Of a DNA stretch of 64,000 nt, positions 20,235 to 30,004 are shown one piece after another. Numbering within the stretch: the first letter of the stretch is position 1; the number at the start of each line of letters is the position of its first letter. Below the pieces are notes generated by a model. It did not search any database, was not told the DNA's origin, and worked only from the letters and a program-made list of their open reading frames with translations. The stretch comes from an uncultured Acidobacteriota bacterium. GTDB taxonomy: Bacteria > Acidobacteriota > Terriglobia > Terriglobales > Acidobacteriaceae. The stretch lies in NCBI GenBank assembly GCA_963797795.1, contig CAWCQY010000002.1, positions 7,846 through 71,845 on the forward strand, in the 5' to 3' direction. The position numbers were made by a program, and so were the translations under genes.

Positions 20235-20744
20235 ATGGGAAACTACTCGGCGCTCGACCTGATTGCCGGCGCGTTCATCTTTCCGGCGGTCGCTCAAGTC
20301 AAGACAACGGTTTTGTACATTGGCTTCACGGGGGGAACCGAGGCAGACATCGGAAATATGGTCCTTTACACTACCAATCGGGGGAACTCTAAAATCAAAG
20401 CGGTTACCCCGGTGAAGCTGAAAGGTGTCTCCAATCCGATCATTTCGCTCACCAACAAAAAGACCTGTCCCACTCAACCGCTAAGCGTCAGCAATCCCTG
20501 CGTCATTCGCCTGGATCCGATAAACCTGACGCCGTCAACCCTGTCGGACTATTACTTCGTTGTGTATTTCGCGAACAACCAGAACAATGAGAGCGTCGGT
20601 GCCGCGAATTCTCAATATCCAATCACCAGCCTTACCGGATGGTTCTTGGGTGGCGACCAAACCCAACTAACTGCCGGCAGCACCATTCCGTCCGGCTACA
20701 CCGGGAACCATCCATATTTCTTGCTGTACGTCATGAGCAACTGA
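20235..20744 (+). CDS. hypothetical secreted protein (5' end unresolved; see finding)
   Basis: ATG 20235 lies inside ORF 20055-20744. A much better signal peptide (MTNPKLTTPILLVFALAFASLASPAIAQQ) is encoded from ATG 20083 in another frame, which stops at 20257-20259. Confidence 0.55.
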   Translation: MGNYSALDLIAGAFIFPAVAQVKTTVLYIGFTGGTEADIGNMVLYTTNRGNSKIKAVTPVKLKGVSNPIISLTNKKTCPTQPLSVSNPCVIRLDPINLTPSTLSDYYFVVYFANNQNNESVGAANSQYPITSLTGWFLGGDQTQLTAGSTIPSGYTGNHPYFLLYVMSN

Positions 20745-20946
20745 GGAGAGCAAGGGAGCGAACCGGTACTCAACGTGCGATTCTGATTCGCTCCCTCGTT
20801 CCAGAAGTAGCAACAGACTCCAAACTACCTCACCGCGAGATAGTAGACGTAGGAGTCATCGCTCCCGCGGGAGATCGCCGTCCCATCGGCCGAAATTTGC
20901 ATGGAATGGCAGGAACTTTCCTGGTGCCCGCTTCGTAAATATTGTC

Positions 20947-21639
20947 ATGAGCGATACAGCGATAGTGGCTGCACAAGATAGACTCGTCGGGAAGAACGCG
21001 ATGACCTGGGTGGGTCTTTGCGTGTCTTTGTTTTCCATGCTGGTGATCCGGCAAGTGTTTCGTGCCATCAACCCTGAACCCGGCACGGCCTTGACGCTGG
21101 CTCGCGAGGCCTGCATGTTCGCTGCCGCTGGGGTGCTGGTCTGGCTGATTCGTCGCGGCGAGGGATTGCCCCTGCACTCGATCGGGATTGGCACTTCTCC
21201 GTTGTGGAAGTCGCTGGCTTGGGGCCTGGTGATTGCGGTTGCATGTTTCGTGCCGGCCGCTGGGATCGCGGCGCTGACTGGATACGGCCACGGAGCGGCA
21301 TCACAGGCGTTTGCCAAACTTCCTGTGTGGGTTCTTTTTATCGTGGTCGTGCGCGCCGGCGTGGTGGAAGAGCTATTTTATCGGGGCTACGCCATCGAGC
21401 GACTGCAGGCGCTTGGACTCGGGCGCGTTGCCTCGTCGGTGATTCCTCTGGCGATTTTCGCCGTGGCACACTGGACTGGCGGCGCGGCTAACATTCTGAT
21501 CGCGCTTGTTCTCGGCGGAATTCTCACCGTCTTTTATCTGTGGCGCCGGGATCTGGTGTCCAATATGTTTGGCCACTTTTTAGTGGACTTTGTGGCGAAC
21601 GTATTGCCGGCGCTGTTTGCGCTTCATCCTCGCCCTTGA
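20947..21639 (+). CDS. CPBP-family intramembrane metalloprotease (CAAX protease-like)
   Basis: Multi-TM protein with the signature motifs VVEELFYRGY, FAVAHW and HFLVDF. Confidence 0.9.
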   Translation: MSDTAIVAAQDRLVGKNAMTWVGLCVSLFSMLVIRQVFRAINPEPGTALTLAREACMFAAAGVLVWLIRRGEGLPLHSIGIGTSPLWKSLAWGLVIAVACFVPAAGIAALTGYGHGAASQAFAKLPVWVLFIVVVRAGVVEELFYRGYAIERLQALGLGRVASSVIPLAIFAVAHWTGGAANILIALVLGGILTVFYLWRRDLVSNMFGHFLVDFVANVLPALFALHPRP

Positions 21640-21740
21640 GTTCCCGGACAGCGGATGCAGGACACATGTAGATTCATGATTATCCGAATATGCGGCACTC
21701 GGTCTATACTCTCTTTTTTGATCACCGGAGAGGAACACCG

Positions 21741-22082
21741 ATGAAGACACGCTTGGTTGCTTTATCGTGCGGCATCACGATGGCTGCGATGCTAGCGTTT
21801 GCGCAAGGCGCGGACGAGGGCTATCAAACGGCCAGAGTTGTCGCCTTCGAAAGAGTCGCCGCCGATTCCCAGCATATGGCTGAGGGGGATCGCCACAAGA
21901 TTTCCATGCGTCTGGCGGATACCGTCTACGCTTGCCGCGCCAGCGCCCCCGCTGCCGTTTTTATTGACTGGACCATCGGAAAAGAATTTCCAGCCAAAGT
22001 AAACGGCAAGGTGTTGCAGGTCAAAAACCCAAATGGACAAATCGTGGAATTGACCATCGTCGGCAAGAAGACACCAAAATAG
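21741..22082 (+). CDS. small secreted hypothetical protein
   Basis: ATG 21741 is preceded by GGAGAGG. The signal peptide is MKTRLVALSCGITMAAMLAFAQG. Confidence 0.7.
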   Translation: MKTRLVALSCGITMAAMLAFAQGADEGYQTARVVAFERVAADSQHMAEGDRHKISMRLADTVYACRASAPAAVFIDWTIGKEFPAKVNGKVLQVKNPNGQIVELTIVGKKTPK

Positions 22083-22124
22083 AATAGTAGCCACAAAGGG
22101 TGGCCAGCCTTTCAGCAAGACAGC

Positions 22125-23111
22125 TTACTTGACCGCTTCGCGCGTGCGGTTCAGCGTGAAGACTAGCGATTCTCTCGGTATGCTGGTGATGAAAGGACGA
22201 ATCAGCCAGCCGAGACCTTCGGGAATATCGCGGGTGAGGGAGATGGCTTCCAGCTGAACGAAAACGCCGCCATCGTGCTCCCAGAAGCGCCAATACGAGT
22301 TCAGACGCCATAGATAGCCGTTGTCGTGTCCCACCGGCTTCTCATCCTCATCCCGCTGCCCCACCTTTTCCACCTCTGCCACGCGAGTGCTGTAGGAATT
22401 GCTGTAAGCTCGCGCCGGGTCGAGGCGGACGTAGTGCACGTCGTATTCGGTATCCAGAACCACGGTTATGATGTTTTTGTCGCGCAGGCGAAGAAAGACT
22501 TTGAAATCATCGCCGTCGTGTTGAATCAGTTTGGAGCGGAGCACGCGAGGGGCATAGATTCGCGAATGCTCGTCGTAGTTCTGCAAGAGGGCAAGAGTCT
22601 GCTTAAGACTGGCTCCAGGAATGAAGACAACGCCCAGCCAATGATGGACGAGGCCGCCGGGAACTGGTATGGCCGCGCCGCCGTCGAGCGTCTCCAGCTT
22701 CTGGGTCACGACTTCTCCTCGCTTCAGACGCTCGTAGACTTCCTGACGCTGCTGGGCTGGCAGCCCATCCACCCATAAGAATGTTCCAGAGCTCAGGTCA
22801 CTCTGCATGCGCTCTTCGCTCAGCTGCACATAATGCTTGAACGCGGCATCAGTGGCGGGCTTCAGATCAGCAGCCCGTCCGGAGATACCGGCGAGCAAAA
22901 CCGCAGCGACGCTCAGGAGTGGATGACGTAGCAATTGAGTCCAGTCCCTGGCGGGACTCGGGATTTTTCCAATTCTCTCTTCCCGGCACTCCCGTGCCGG
23001 ACTTTCATGTACCGCCGCTTTGCGGCTGAAGCGGAGTTTGCCCCGCCAGATGTGACGAACGCGAGTTGTGATTGAGGCAGGTCCGCCACGTCGCATTGCC
23101 CTGTCCCTCAT
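22125..23111 (-). CDS. secreted hypothetical protein, possibly an SRPBCC/START-like fold
   Basis: Only the C-terminal ~270 aa of ORF 22125-23822 look coding (LSVAAVLLAGISGRAADL, then LVHHWLGVVFIPGASLKQTLALLQNYDEHSRIY and YLWRLNSYWRFWEHDGGVFVQLEAISLTRDIP). ATG 23109-23111 overlaps the upstream stop (ATGA). An in-frame TTG at 22934 is an alternative start. The fold assignment is inference only. Confidence 0.7.
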   Translation of the reverse strand: MRDRAMRRGGPASITTRVRHIWRGKLRFSRKAAVHESPARECREERIGKIPSPARDWTQLLRHPLLSVAAVLLAGISGRAADLKPATDAAFKHYVQLSEERMQSDLSSGTFLWVDGLPAQQRQEVYERLKRGEVVTQKLETLDGGAAIPVPGGLVHHWLGVVFIPGASLKQTLALLQNYDEHSRIYAPRVLRSKLIQHDGDDFKVFLRLRDKNIITVVLDTEYDVHYVRLDPARAYSNSYSTRVAEVEKVGQRDEDEKPVGHDNGYLWRLNSYWRFWEHDGGVFVQLEAISLTRDIPEGLGWLIRPFITSIPRESLVFTLNRTREAVK

Positions 23112-23839
23112 GAAAGTTTTTCCTCGCGATATAGCGTTGCTGTGTGCTGAACCGACGAGATGACGAGCATCAGGGCCATCCCTGCGATTCCGATAGCGCC
23201 TCCGATATCTAACAAAGGCAATTGCGTGCCCATTATCTTCACAGTCGGCCAGCGGAGCAGTGCCAGGTTGCCAACCGCCAACAGCAGGCGTATTTCCGTG
23301 GGACCGAACCTCCAGTACGAGAGTTGGAACTGGCCGAGGGTGTAGGTGGCGAGATAAGCCTCGATCGAGAGCATGAGGAAGGCGATGAGCATTCCGAAAG
23401 CGATCGCCGGGTGAATGTATCCCGAGAGCGCAAGTCCTCCCATCAAGAAGAAGGCGGCGAAAGTATCCACGATGTGATCTACGTAGAAGCCATAACGCGG
23501 ACGCTGGCAATTTCGCACGCGCGCCAGAGTGCCGTCCAAACTGTCGCCCAGCCAGTTGAGTGCGAGGAAGACAATGCCGAGCAACAGCATGTAACGGTTC
23601 CAGCGCGCCAGGGCGTAGCAGACTCCTGCCAGGCACTGCGCAGCAAATCCCATTAGAGTGAGATGGTCGGAGTTGATCCAGCGGGGCGTGCGTTGGGCCA
23701 GCCATACCAGGGTTCGCTTTTCCGCGGCCGAGACGAAGCTTTGCTGCAGTCTGGTGGCAGCGATAAAGGTCAGTTCTTTCGGACTTGCTTGCGGTTGCTC
23801 GGCCATTCGATCTCGCCTCCAACTCAGATTGTGCGACAC
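23108..23839 (-). CDS. CDP-alcohol phosphatidyltransferase family protein
   Basis: Multi-TM protein with the family motif NWLGDSLDGTLARVRNCQRPRYGFYVDHIVD (D-x2-DG-x2-AR...G-x3-D-x3-D). Confidence 0.9.
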   Translation of the reverse strand: MSHNLSWRRDRMAEQPQASPKELTFIAATRLQQSFVSAAEKRTLVWLAQRTPRWINSDHLTLMGFAAQCLAGVCYALARWNRYMLLLGIVFLALNWLGDSLDGTLARVRNCQRPRYGFYVDHIVDTFAAFFLMGGLALSGYIHPAIAFGMLIAFLMLSIEAYLATYTLGQFQLSYWRFGPTEIRLLLAVGNLALLRWPTVKIMGTQLPLLDIGGAIGIAGMALMLVISSVQHTATLYREEKLS

Positions 23840-24041
23840 CAGTCTGCTACGACGACGCGAGTTAGATCAATGCAGGGCGCCTCAAATCGCCGTCAAAGAA
23901 AGATCACCAGCCAAAACTGTTCCGCCCGCAAGGCTTCTCAGGAGCCCTCTTTTCTCTACACGGATGCGCAAGGCCGCTCCCGGGTAGGAGAGTCACCCAG
24001 AAATCCGCTGCCTCAGAATGACAGATCCGAATGCCGCGCCG

Positions 24042-25364
24042 CTATTTGCTGGGAGGGGCGGCGGGCTTTACGGCATCGGCTGATTTCTTGAGGTCGTCGA
24101 CTGTCTTGGAGTCGAGTTGGTAGAGCGTCGGATCATTTTCTCGTTTGGCCACGTAGTTGTCTGCGGCTTTTGAGATTGTCACTTTCTCGATCCGCTTGCC
24201 ATCGTTCGACGTAACCGTAATGTCGATGAGGGGCGCCGTGAAACCGGAATCGACGAACTTGGCAGCCGCAAGATCGCGGATCTTTTCGATGAGGTCGTCG
24301 ACGGTGCTGGCGTCCATCTTCTTTGCGCTACCTGACCACCAATCTTCAGCGCTCCGGGTCAGGAAATACGTCTTTGATCCGTCGCGAATCTCGATTTTGG
24401 TGGGATCGCCGGAGCTGAGGTCGAACAGCTTCTTGTTGCGAAAATCCTCGAGGTTCTTGTCGACCGCCTGACCGAGCGTGCTCGGGACTTTATAGACGCC
24501 TTCCACCACGCTCGACTTGGCATAGTAGTCATCCTTATTTTTTCGGACCTGTAGTTCCTGCGCCCCGGACTCAGCCGTTACCTTTGCAGTCGCGACTGGA
24601 GCGGCTGCGGCGAAGAGTGAAGCATTCTTTTTCTGATCGTCCGAAGGACTGAGCTCCATTCTGGCGTCGGCGAGAGCGCGTACGAGGTCGTCCACCGCGC
24701 TGTTATCGGCGGGAAGCGGTTTCGGTTTGACGATCTGCCATTCATCTTTGTTGCGGCCGAACGCCATCTCCTGCTTCTTCGCGACCAGATCAACCTGGCT
24801 GACCTTTTCCGAATCAACCGTCAGCAGGCGTTTGTCGCGCAGGTCATTTGCGCTCTTATCGATGCTGGTCTGGTCGTGCTTGGGAATGGTGAAAACGCGC
24901 GGGTCGCCGTCGAGCTTGGCGTAGAGTCCATTGCCCGCGGGCGTGTCGTCGCCGATCAACAGCTTTTGTGTCTTGTTTCCTTTTTCGGTCAAGTCAACTT
25001 CGAGTTTAGGCGCATCCAGACCGTAGGGCGCGAGACTGCCGACTTTGTCTTCGACCACACGTTCGGAGTTGAGGGACGAAAAAGTGCCGAGCAGGTTTGA
25101 CACAGCACTCTGATCGGCAGCGAGAGGTGCTGGCGACGTAATGTGCCACAGGCCCGCGCTGGTGCGTTCGGCGGCGACTTGCTCTTCGCCGTTTTTCTTC
25201 AGGTCGAATTTGGAAATGTCCGCTTCGTTAACCGCAAGAATCTTTGGCGGCACGTCGGCGGACGCTTCAGTGGCGTCTGCGGGCTTGTGATGATTGGACC
25301 AGTAAAGGGCCCCAGTGAGTCCCGCTAAGATGACGGCGGCGATGATCAGACCACGCAGTTTCAT
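24042..25364 (-). CDS. DUF4340-like protein, last gene of the GldA/F/G-like ABC operon
   Basis: ATG 25362-25364 (MKLRGLIIAAVILAGL) shares one base with the upstream stop (TAATG). It is a repetitive beta-rich periplasmic protein in the position typical for DUF4340. Confidence 0.8.
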   Translation of the reverse strand: MKLRGLIIAAVILAGLTGALYWSNHHKPADATEASADVPPKILAVNEADISKFDLKKNGEEQVAAERTSAGLWHITSPAPLAADQSAVSNLLGTFSSLNSERVVEDKVGSLAPYGLDAPKLEVDLTEKGNKTQKLLIGDDTPAGNGLYAKLDGDPRVFTIPKHDQTSIDKSANDLRDKRLLTVDSEKVSQVDLVAKKQEMAFGRNKDEWQIVKPKPLPADNSAVDDLVRALADARMELSPSDDQKKNASLFAAAAPVATAKVTAESGAQELQVRKNKDDYYAKSSVVEGVYKVPSTLGQAVDKNLEDFRNKKLFDLSSGDPTKIEIRDGSKTYFLTRSAEDWWSGSAKKMDASTVDDLIEKIRDLAAAKFVDSGFTAPLIDITVTSNDGKRIEKVTISKAADNYVAKRENDPTLYQLDSKTVDDLKKSADAVKPAAPPSK

Positions 25365-26740
25365 TACCGCCTCCGCCACCACACCGAGACGCCCGCGAAA
25401 ACCACAACTAGCGGCAGCAGGAACTGGCTTGTGATCCGAACCAAGTTCAACTGGGCACGAGTCATCGTGATGTGGCGGTCTTCCTCTGCCTTGGGACGAA
25501 TCGAAATCAGATCTTCATCAGACGAAAGCCAGTCGATTGTGTTCAAAGCCAGGTCGCTGTTGCCGTTGAATTTGAGAAAGGAGTTGGCTGCCCACGATGA
25601 GCTGCCAATTACTACGAACCGTCCCTGCGAGCCTTGTTTGCCGGTATCGTAGGTCCCCGCGGCGGCAATCGTCAGAGGTCCCTTTTTGTTCTTGGGATCG
25701 TTTGGATCGATTGCCGGAGAGTTCAAGTTGAAAGTCGCCAAGCTGCTGTCCGATGAATCAAAGAGTTTTTGCACCGAAGTCTTGTCGCCATTCTTGACTT
25801 CGATCGAACGCACCAGCGGGAAGCCGGTTGCCGTACCCTTCAATCCGTTGACAATAGCTTGCGATTCGTAGCTTCTTACAAGGGCGACTTGCGGCCCTAC
25901 TCCGAGCAACTGCCCAATGGGGTTCAAGTCGAGAATCAGGTCTTTGTTCAGGGTTACGCCCCAGATCTGCAACAGGCTGGTGAGAGCATCGTTATCGGCG
26001 GTCACGGAACGGCCCATCTTGAGCGGCGGATCAAGCATGAAAAGAGCGCGACCGCCGTCTTCCACATATTTCTTGATGGCATCAACTTCCGGCTGTTGAT
26101 AGTCGCGTGTGGGACCGCCGATTATGAGCGCCGTACAATCACCCGGGACCTCGGCCTTCTGAAGCAAGTCAATCGACTTCGCTTGATAGTTGTCTTTTCC
26201 GACCAGTTCCTTTAATTGGGAATAGCCGTTGTGGTCGGAGTCGTCGATCTGATGTTCTCCACCTCCGGTTACGAAACAAACTGTGCGTGTGGTATTTTTC
26301 AGAACGCGAATGAACGCGCCGGTGATGCCCTCTTCTGTCAGGCTCTTGGCTTCTTCCTGCTTGGCTCCAATTTGCACCATCGCCGTACCGTAATTCTTAA
26401 TCCCTGCCTGACGAGCTTCCTGCGGCTTTTTGTCGGGATCCACATAGTCGACGTGAACCTTGGTCGAAAGGTTTGCGTATTGGCCAAGCAGGTCTTTGGC
26501 ATGCGCAAACCGTGTGCCCTGGTCGAAGTAGGTGATGGTCGCGTCCTGATTCAGGCCCTTCACGATCTTCGCCGTCTGGTCGGAGAGGCTGTAGCGTTTG
26601 TTCGCCGTGGCGTCGTAAGACTTGTTATAGCGGTTCGCCAGCACGTTCACGATAGCTATGGCGGCGATGACCACGAGAATATAGATTGTGGCGTAAGCCG
26701 CGTACTTCGTCTGCCTTGCTTTGAGTAACTGTGTATTCAC
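25364..26740 (-). CDS. GldG-family ABC-transporter auxiliary protein
   Basis: 458 aa with N- and C-terminal TM anchors (AAYATIYILVVIAAIAIVNVL, FLLPLVVVFAGVSVWW). It directly follows the ABC-2 permease. Confidence 0.85.
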   Translation of the reverse strand: MNTQLLKARQTKYAAYATIYILVVIAAIAIVNVLANRYNKSYDATANKRYSLSDQTAKIVKGLNQDATITYFDQGTRFAHAKDLLGQYANLSTKVHVDYVDPDKKPQEARQAGIKNYGTAMVQIGAKQEEAKSLTEEGITGAFIRVLKNTTRTVCFVTGGGEHQIDDSDHNGYSQLKELVGKDNYQAKSIDLLQKAEVPGDCTALIIGGPTRDYQQPEVDAIKKYVEDGGRALFMLDPPLKMGRSVTADNDALTSLLQIWGVTLNKDLILDLNPIGQLLGVGPQVALVRSYESQAIVNGLKGTATGFPLVRSIEVKNGDKTSVQKLFDSSDSSLATFNLNSPAIDPNDPKNKKGPLTIAAAGTYDTGKQGSQGRFVVIGSSSWAANSFLKFNGNSDLALNTIDWLSSDEDLISIRPKAEEDRHITMTRAQLNLVRITSQFLLPLVVVFAGVSVWWRRR

Positions 26741-27511
26741 CTACGACCTCCAGCGCAGAGATTCCATGGACCGGGCGGTAAAAAACAGCCCGAGGAATAT
26801 CAGCGTCACGTAAAAGACTGCGTCCTTGGCGTCAAGTACACCTTTGGCGAACGACTCCTCGAAGTGGGTGAGCACCGACATGTAAGAAAGTACCTGGGCC
26901 CAGGTCGAAGTTTCGAATTCGCCGACCGACGAAATGATCCATAGCACCAGGCAGATTCCAAAAGTAACGGCGCCAGCGATAATCTGATTCTTGGTCAGGC
27001 TGGAAATGAACGTCCCAATCGCGAGCATTGCCCCCGCCTGGAGCAACAGGCCGAGATACCCAATCGCCAGCGGCTTCCAATCCGGGTTGCCGTACTTGAA
27101 AAGGAATGCGAAGTTCAACGCGGTGAACAACAGCATGCAGGCATAGAGAGTCAGCGCTGCAAGCCACTTTCCGAGGATCACTTCCCAATCACGGATAGGC
27201 GAGGTCGCGAGCAATTCGATCGTGCCGCTGCGCTTTTCTTCGGCAAACAGACGCATCGTGATCAAAGGGATGAAGAACAGTCCGATCACGCCCGCATTCG
27301 CCAGCAACGGCCGGATAACCTGTTCGTTGAGATTCATGGGAAACGCCTGGCCGCGCATCTGCATTTCCATTCCGTATTCGACGAAGCCTCGAAGGTAGAG
27401 CCAGAAAAAAAATGCCGAGACTACGGCAAACATTGTGAGTAGAAAGTACGCAATCGGAGAGACGAAATAGCTGCGCAGTTCTTTTTGCCAGACAACCCAG
27501 GTATTTCGCAT
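26741..27511 (-). CDS. ABC-2 type transporter permease (GldF-like)
   Basis: ATG 27509-27511 (MRNTWVVWQKELRSYFVSPIAYF) shares one base with the ATPase stop (TAATG). Six predicted TM segments. Confidence 0.9.
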   Translation of the reverse strand: MRNTWVVWQKELRSYFVSPIAYFLLTMFAVVSAFFFWLYLRGFVEYGMEMQMRGQAFPMNLNEQVIRPLLANAGVIGLFFIPLITMRLFAEEKRSGTIELLATSPIRDWEVILGKWLAALTLYACMLLFTALNFAFLFKYGNPDWKPLAIGYLGLLLQAGAMLAIGTFISSLTKNQIIAGAVTFGICLVLWIISSVGEFETSTWAQVLSYMSVLTHFEESFAKGVLDAKDAVFYVTLIFLGLFFTARSMESLRWRS

Positions 27512-28494
27512 TATTGTGACTCCTTGGGCGGGAGTTGTTCTTTGTCGTCTACCTGGGCTCCAGTGAGTTGCAGGAAGACTTCTTCCAGACTCATCGCGGC
27601 GGAACGAAGTTCGTTCAGGTCCCAACCGGATTCGACGACAGCGCGCGCCAGATCACCGCGGACAAAACCTTTCCGGCTTTCGACTTCAAAGGTGTTGCGA
27701 TTGTCATTCCGTTGCTTGGCCACGACCCGGCTCACGCCCGAAACTTGTTCGAGGCGCCTTTGCACGGCTTCGAAATCGAGGCTGCCATTGCGCCCGCTGA
27801 CTTCGACCAGCACTGATTCGGCGCCGCGAGCGCGATTTTGCAGATTTTGTACTGAGTCGGTCGCGACCAACTTACCTTTGTTGATGATCAGAACCTGCTC
27901 ACAGGTCTGCTCGACTTCCGGCAAAATGTGCGTGCTGAGAATGATGGTGTGATCGCCGCCGAGGCTCTTGATCAGATCGCGAGTTTCGTTGATCTGCTTG
28001 GGATCGAGACCAGCCGTGGGTTCGTCGAGAATCAGGACGTCGGGATTGTGAATGATCGCCTGCGCCAGACCTACCCGCTGGCGATAGCCTTTCGAAAGCT
28101 TGCCCAGCAGCTTGTTCTTCACATCTGCGACGGCACACCGATTACAAACGTAGTCGACTCGCTTTCGGAGTTCCGTGCCCGAGAGCCCCTTGAGCTTGCC
28201 AACAAAGGCCAAGTATTCGCCCGTCTCCATTTCCGGATACAGCGGCGGAGTCTCGGGGAGATAGCCAATGCGCTTCTTGACTTCGAGCGGTTGCTCCAGG
28301 ACATCGAAGCCGGCGACGGTTGCGCTGCCCGACGTGGGCGTCAAAAAACACGTCAGCATTCGCATGGTCGTGGTCTTTCCGGCCCCATTCGGACCGAGAA
28401 AACCTACGATCTGACCCTTCGCGACCTCGAATGAGATGTGGTCGACGGCAGTATTGCGAGCGTATCTCTTGGTAAGCTCTTTAACTGTAATCAT
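27511..28494 (-). CDS. ABC transporter ATP-binding protein (GldA-like)
   Basis: Walker A (GPNGAGKTT), signature (LSKGYRQRV) and Walker B (VLILDEPTAGLD). Confidence 0.95.
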   Translation of the reverse strand: MITVKELTKRYARNTAVDHISFEVAKGQIVGFLGPNGAGKTTTMRMLTCFLTPTSGSATVAGFDVLEQPLEVKKRIGYLPETPPLYPEMETGEYLAFVGKLKGLSGTELRKRVDYVCNRCAVADVKNKLLGKLSKGYRQRVGLAQAIIHNPDVLILDEPTAGLDPKQINETRDLIKSLGGDHTIILSTHILPEVEQTCEQVLIINKGKLVATDSVQNLQNRARGAESVLVEVSGRNGSLDFEAVQRRLEQVSGVSRVVAKQRNDNRNTFEVESRKGFVRGDLARAVVESGWDLNELRSAAMSLEEVFLQLTGAQVDDKEQLPPKESQ

Positions 28495-28639
28495 AGAGGT
28501 TATTACAAGAAATTAGGGTGTGTAGCGTTCGAACCGCCCCAATCTTGAACAGCTCGACGCTAGACATATATGTTAAAAATCAAGGGGCGGCAATGTCAAA
28601 TTTCAATGGCGGGAATTTTCATCTCCCGTGGGAGCAACC

Positions 28640-29611
28640 ATGAAATACCGCAGGCTCGGTCGAACCGGTTTCGAGGTAAGTGATATTGCGCATGGACTTT
28701 GGGGAATGAGCGGCTGGAGCGGGTCGGACGACCGCCAATCGCTCGAGGCCTTGCAGTTGGCGGTCGACCGGGGCTGCAACTTCTTCGACACGGCGTGGGC
28801 TTATGGGGAAGGCAAGAGCGACGCATTGCTGGGAGCGATCTTGTCCGCGAACCGTGGCAAGCGTTTGTATGCAGCCTCCAAGATTCCACCCCTTAACGGC
28901 AAGTGGCCGGCTTCCCCGAAAGACAGGTATCGCGACGTCTTCCCGTCGGAGCATGTTTTCAAATACGCCAAATTGATTCGAGAGAAGCTCGGGACCGACT
29001 CGATTGACCTTCTGCAATTTCACGTCTGGGACGATAGCTGGACCGAAGAAGCGGAATTTCGCGACACGGTTGAAAAGCTGAAAGGTGAGGGATGGATCCG
29101 TTTCTTCGGGCTGAGTCTCAATCGCTGGCAGCCGGAAAACGGTATCAAGGCCCTTCGAACCGGGCTGGTAGATGTTGTGCAGGTGATCTACAACATTTTC
29201 GATCAGTCGCCCGAGGACAAACTTTTTCCCGTCTGTCGCGAGTTGAATATTGGCGTGATCGCGAGAGTCCCTTTCGACGAAGGTAGCCTAGGCGGTAAGA
29301 TGACCGCGGAAACAAAATTCCCCACTAGCGACTGGCGTTCAAAGTACTTCAGCCCGGACAATCTCAAGCAAACGCTGGCGCGTGTAGAGAAACTGAAGCC
29401 CGCTGTTCCCACGAACATGAGTCTGCCGGAAATGGCATTGCGATTTATCCTGTCGGACCCCACCGTGAGCACTACGATCGCAGGAATGAGGAAGCCGGAT
29501 CACGTCCGGCAAAACATTGCTGTAAGTGATGCTGGCCCACTCGATGCAGATGTGCTTAAGACCATCAAGGGGCATCGCTGGGATCGCACGCCGCAACCCT
29601 GGTCAGACTAG
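28640..29611 (+). CDS. aldo/keto reductase
   Basis: ATG 28640 (MKYRRLGRTGFEVSDIAHGLWGM), with FFDTAWAYGEGKSD and IDLLQFHVWD. Confidence 0.9.
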   Translation: MKYRRLGRTGFEVSDIAHGLWGMSGWSGSDDRQSLEALQLAVDRGCNFFDTAWAYGEGKSDALLGAILSANRGKRLYAASKIPPLNGKWPASPKDRYRDVFPSEHVFKYAKLIREKLGTDSIDLLQFHVWDDSWTEEAEFRDTVEKLKGEGWIRFFGLSLNRWQPENGIKALRTGLVDVVQVIYNIFDQSPEDKLFPVCRELNIGVIARVPFDEGSLGGKMTAETKFPTSDWRSKYFSPDNLKQTLARVEKLKPAVPTNMSLPEMALRFILSDPTVSTTIAGMRKPDHVRQNIAVSDAGPLDADVLKTIKGHRWDRTPQPWSD

Positions 29612-29797
29612 CTAGCTGTTCAGAACGCCCTCAGTCGTGATTCGGCTGGCTTTGCAGATTTCTTCCGCGACCTTGACGACAGCGTCACTGCCGCGGACCG
29701 GTCCCTCTTCCTCTGCCATCACCGAACTGGCAGCCAGGGTGAACAAAAGAGCGTCCTCCTGTTTGTCGAAGTAGAGAACCACCTGATTCGCTGCCAT
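29612..29797 (-). CDS. small hypothetical protein (61 aa)
   Basis: An ATG with a GGGAGG RBS 5 nt upstream on the minus strand. No homology recognised. Confidence 0.45.
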   Translation of the reverse strand: MAANQVVLYFDKQEDALLFTLAASSVMAEEEGPVRGSDAVVKVAEEICKASRITTEGVLNS

Positions 29798-30004
29798 GCG
29801 TACCTCCCACTGATTCTTAGGACTGACCCTTCTTAAGAATGATAGGCCGATACCGGGTGAGAATGAGGTTATCTCTTTTGGTGCGCCCTACTCGGAAGGG
29901 CAAATGTCCGGTTTTTGGAAAGTTTCGGCAAGCGGAACGCGAACTTGAATCCTGTTCGGCTACCGGCACAGCCTCGGCTCGAAAATGCTACATTGGAAGT
30001 TCCC

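Noticed and set aside
23112-23822. N-terminal 237 codons of the 565-aa ORF 22125-23822
   Set aside because: This part overlaps the CDP-alcohol phosphatidyltransferase gene in another frame and translates to Arg/Pro/His-rich noise. The real gene starts at or after 23111.
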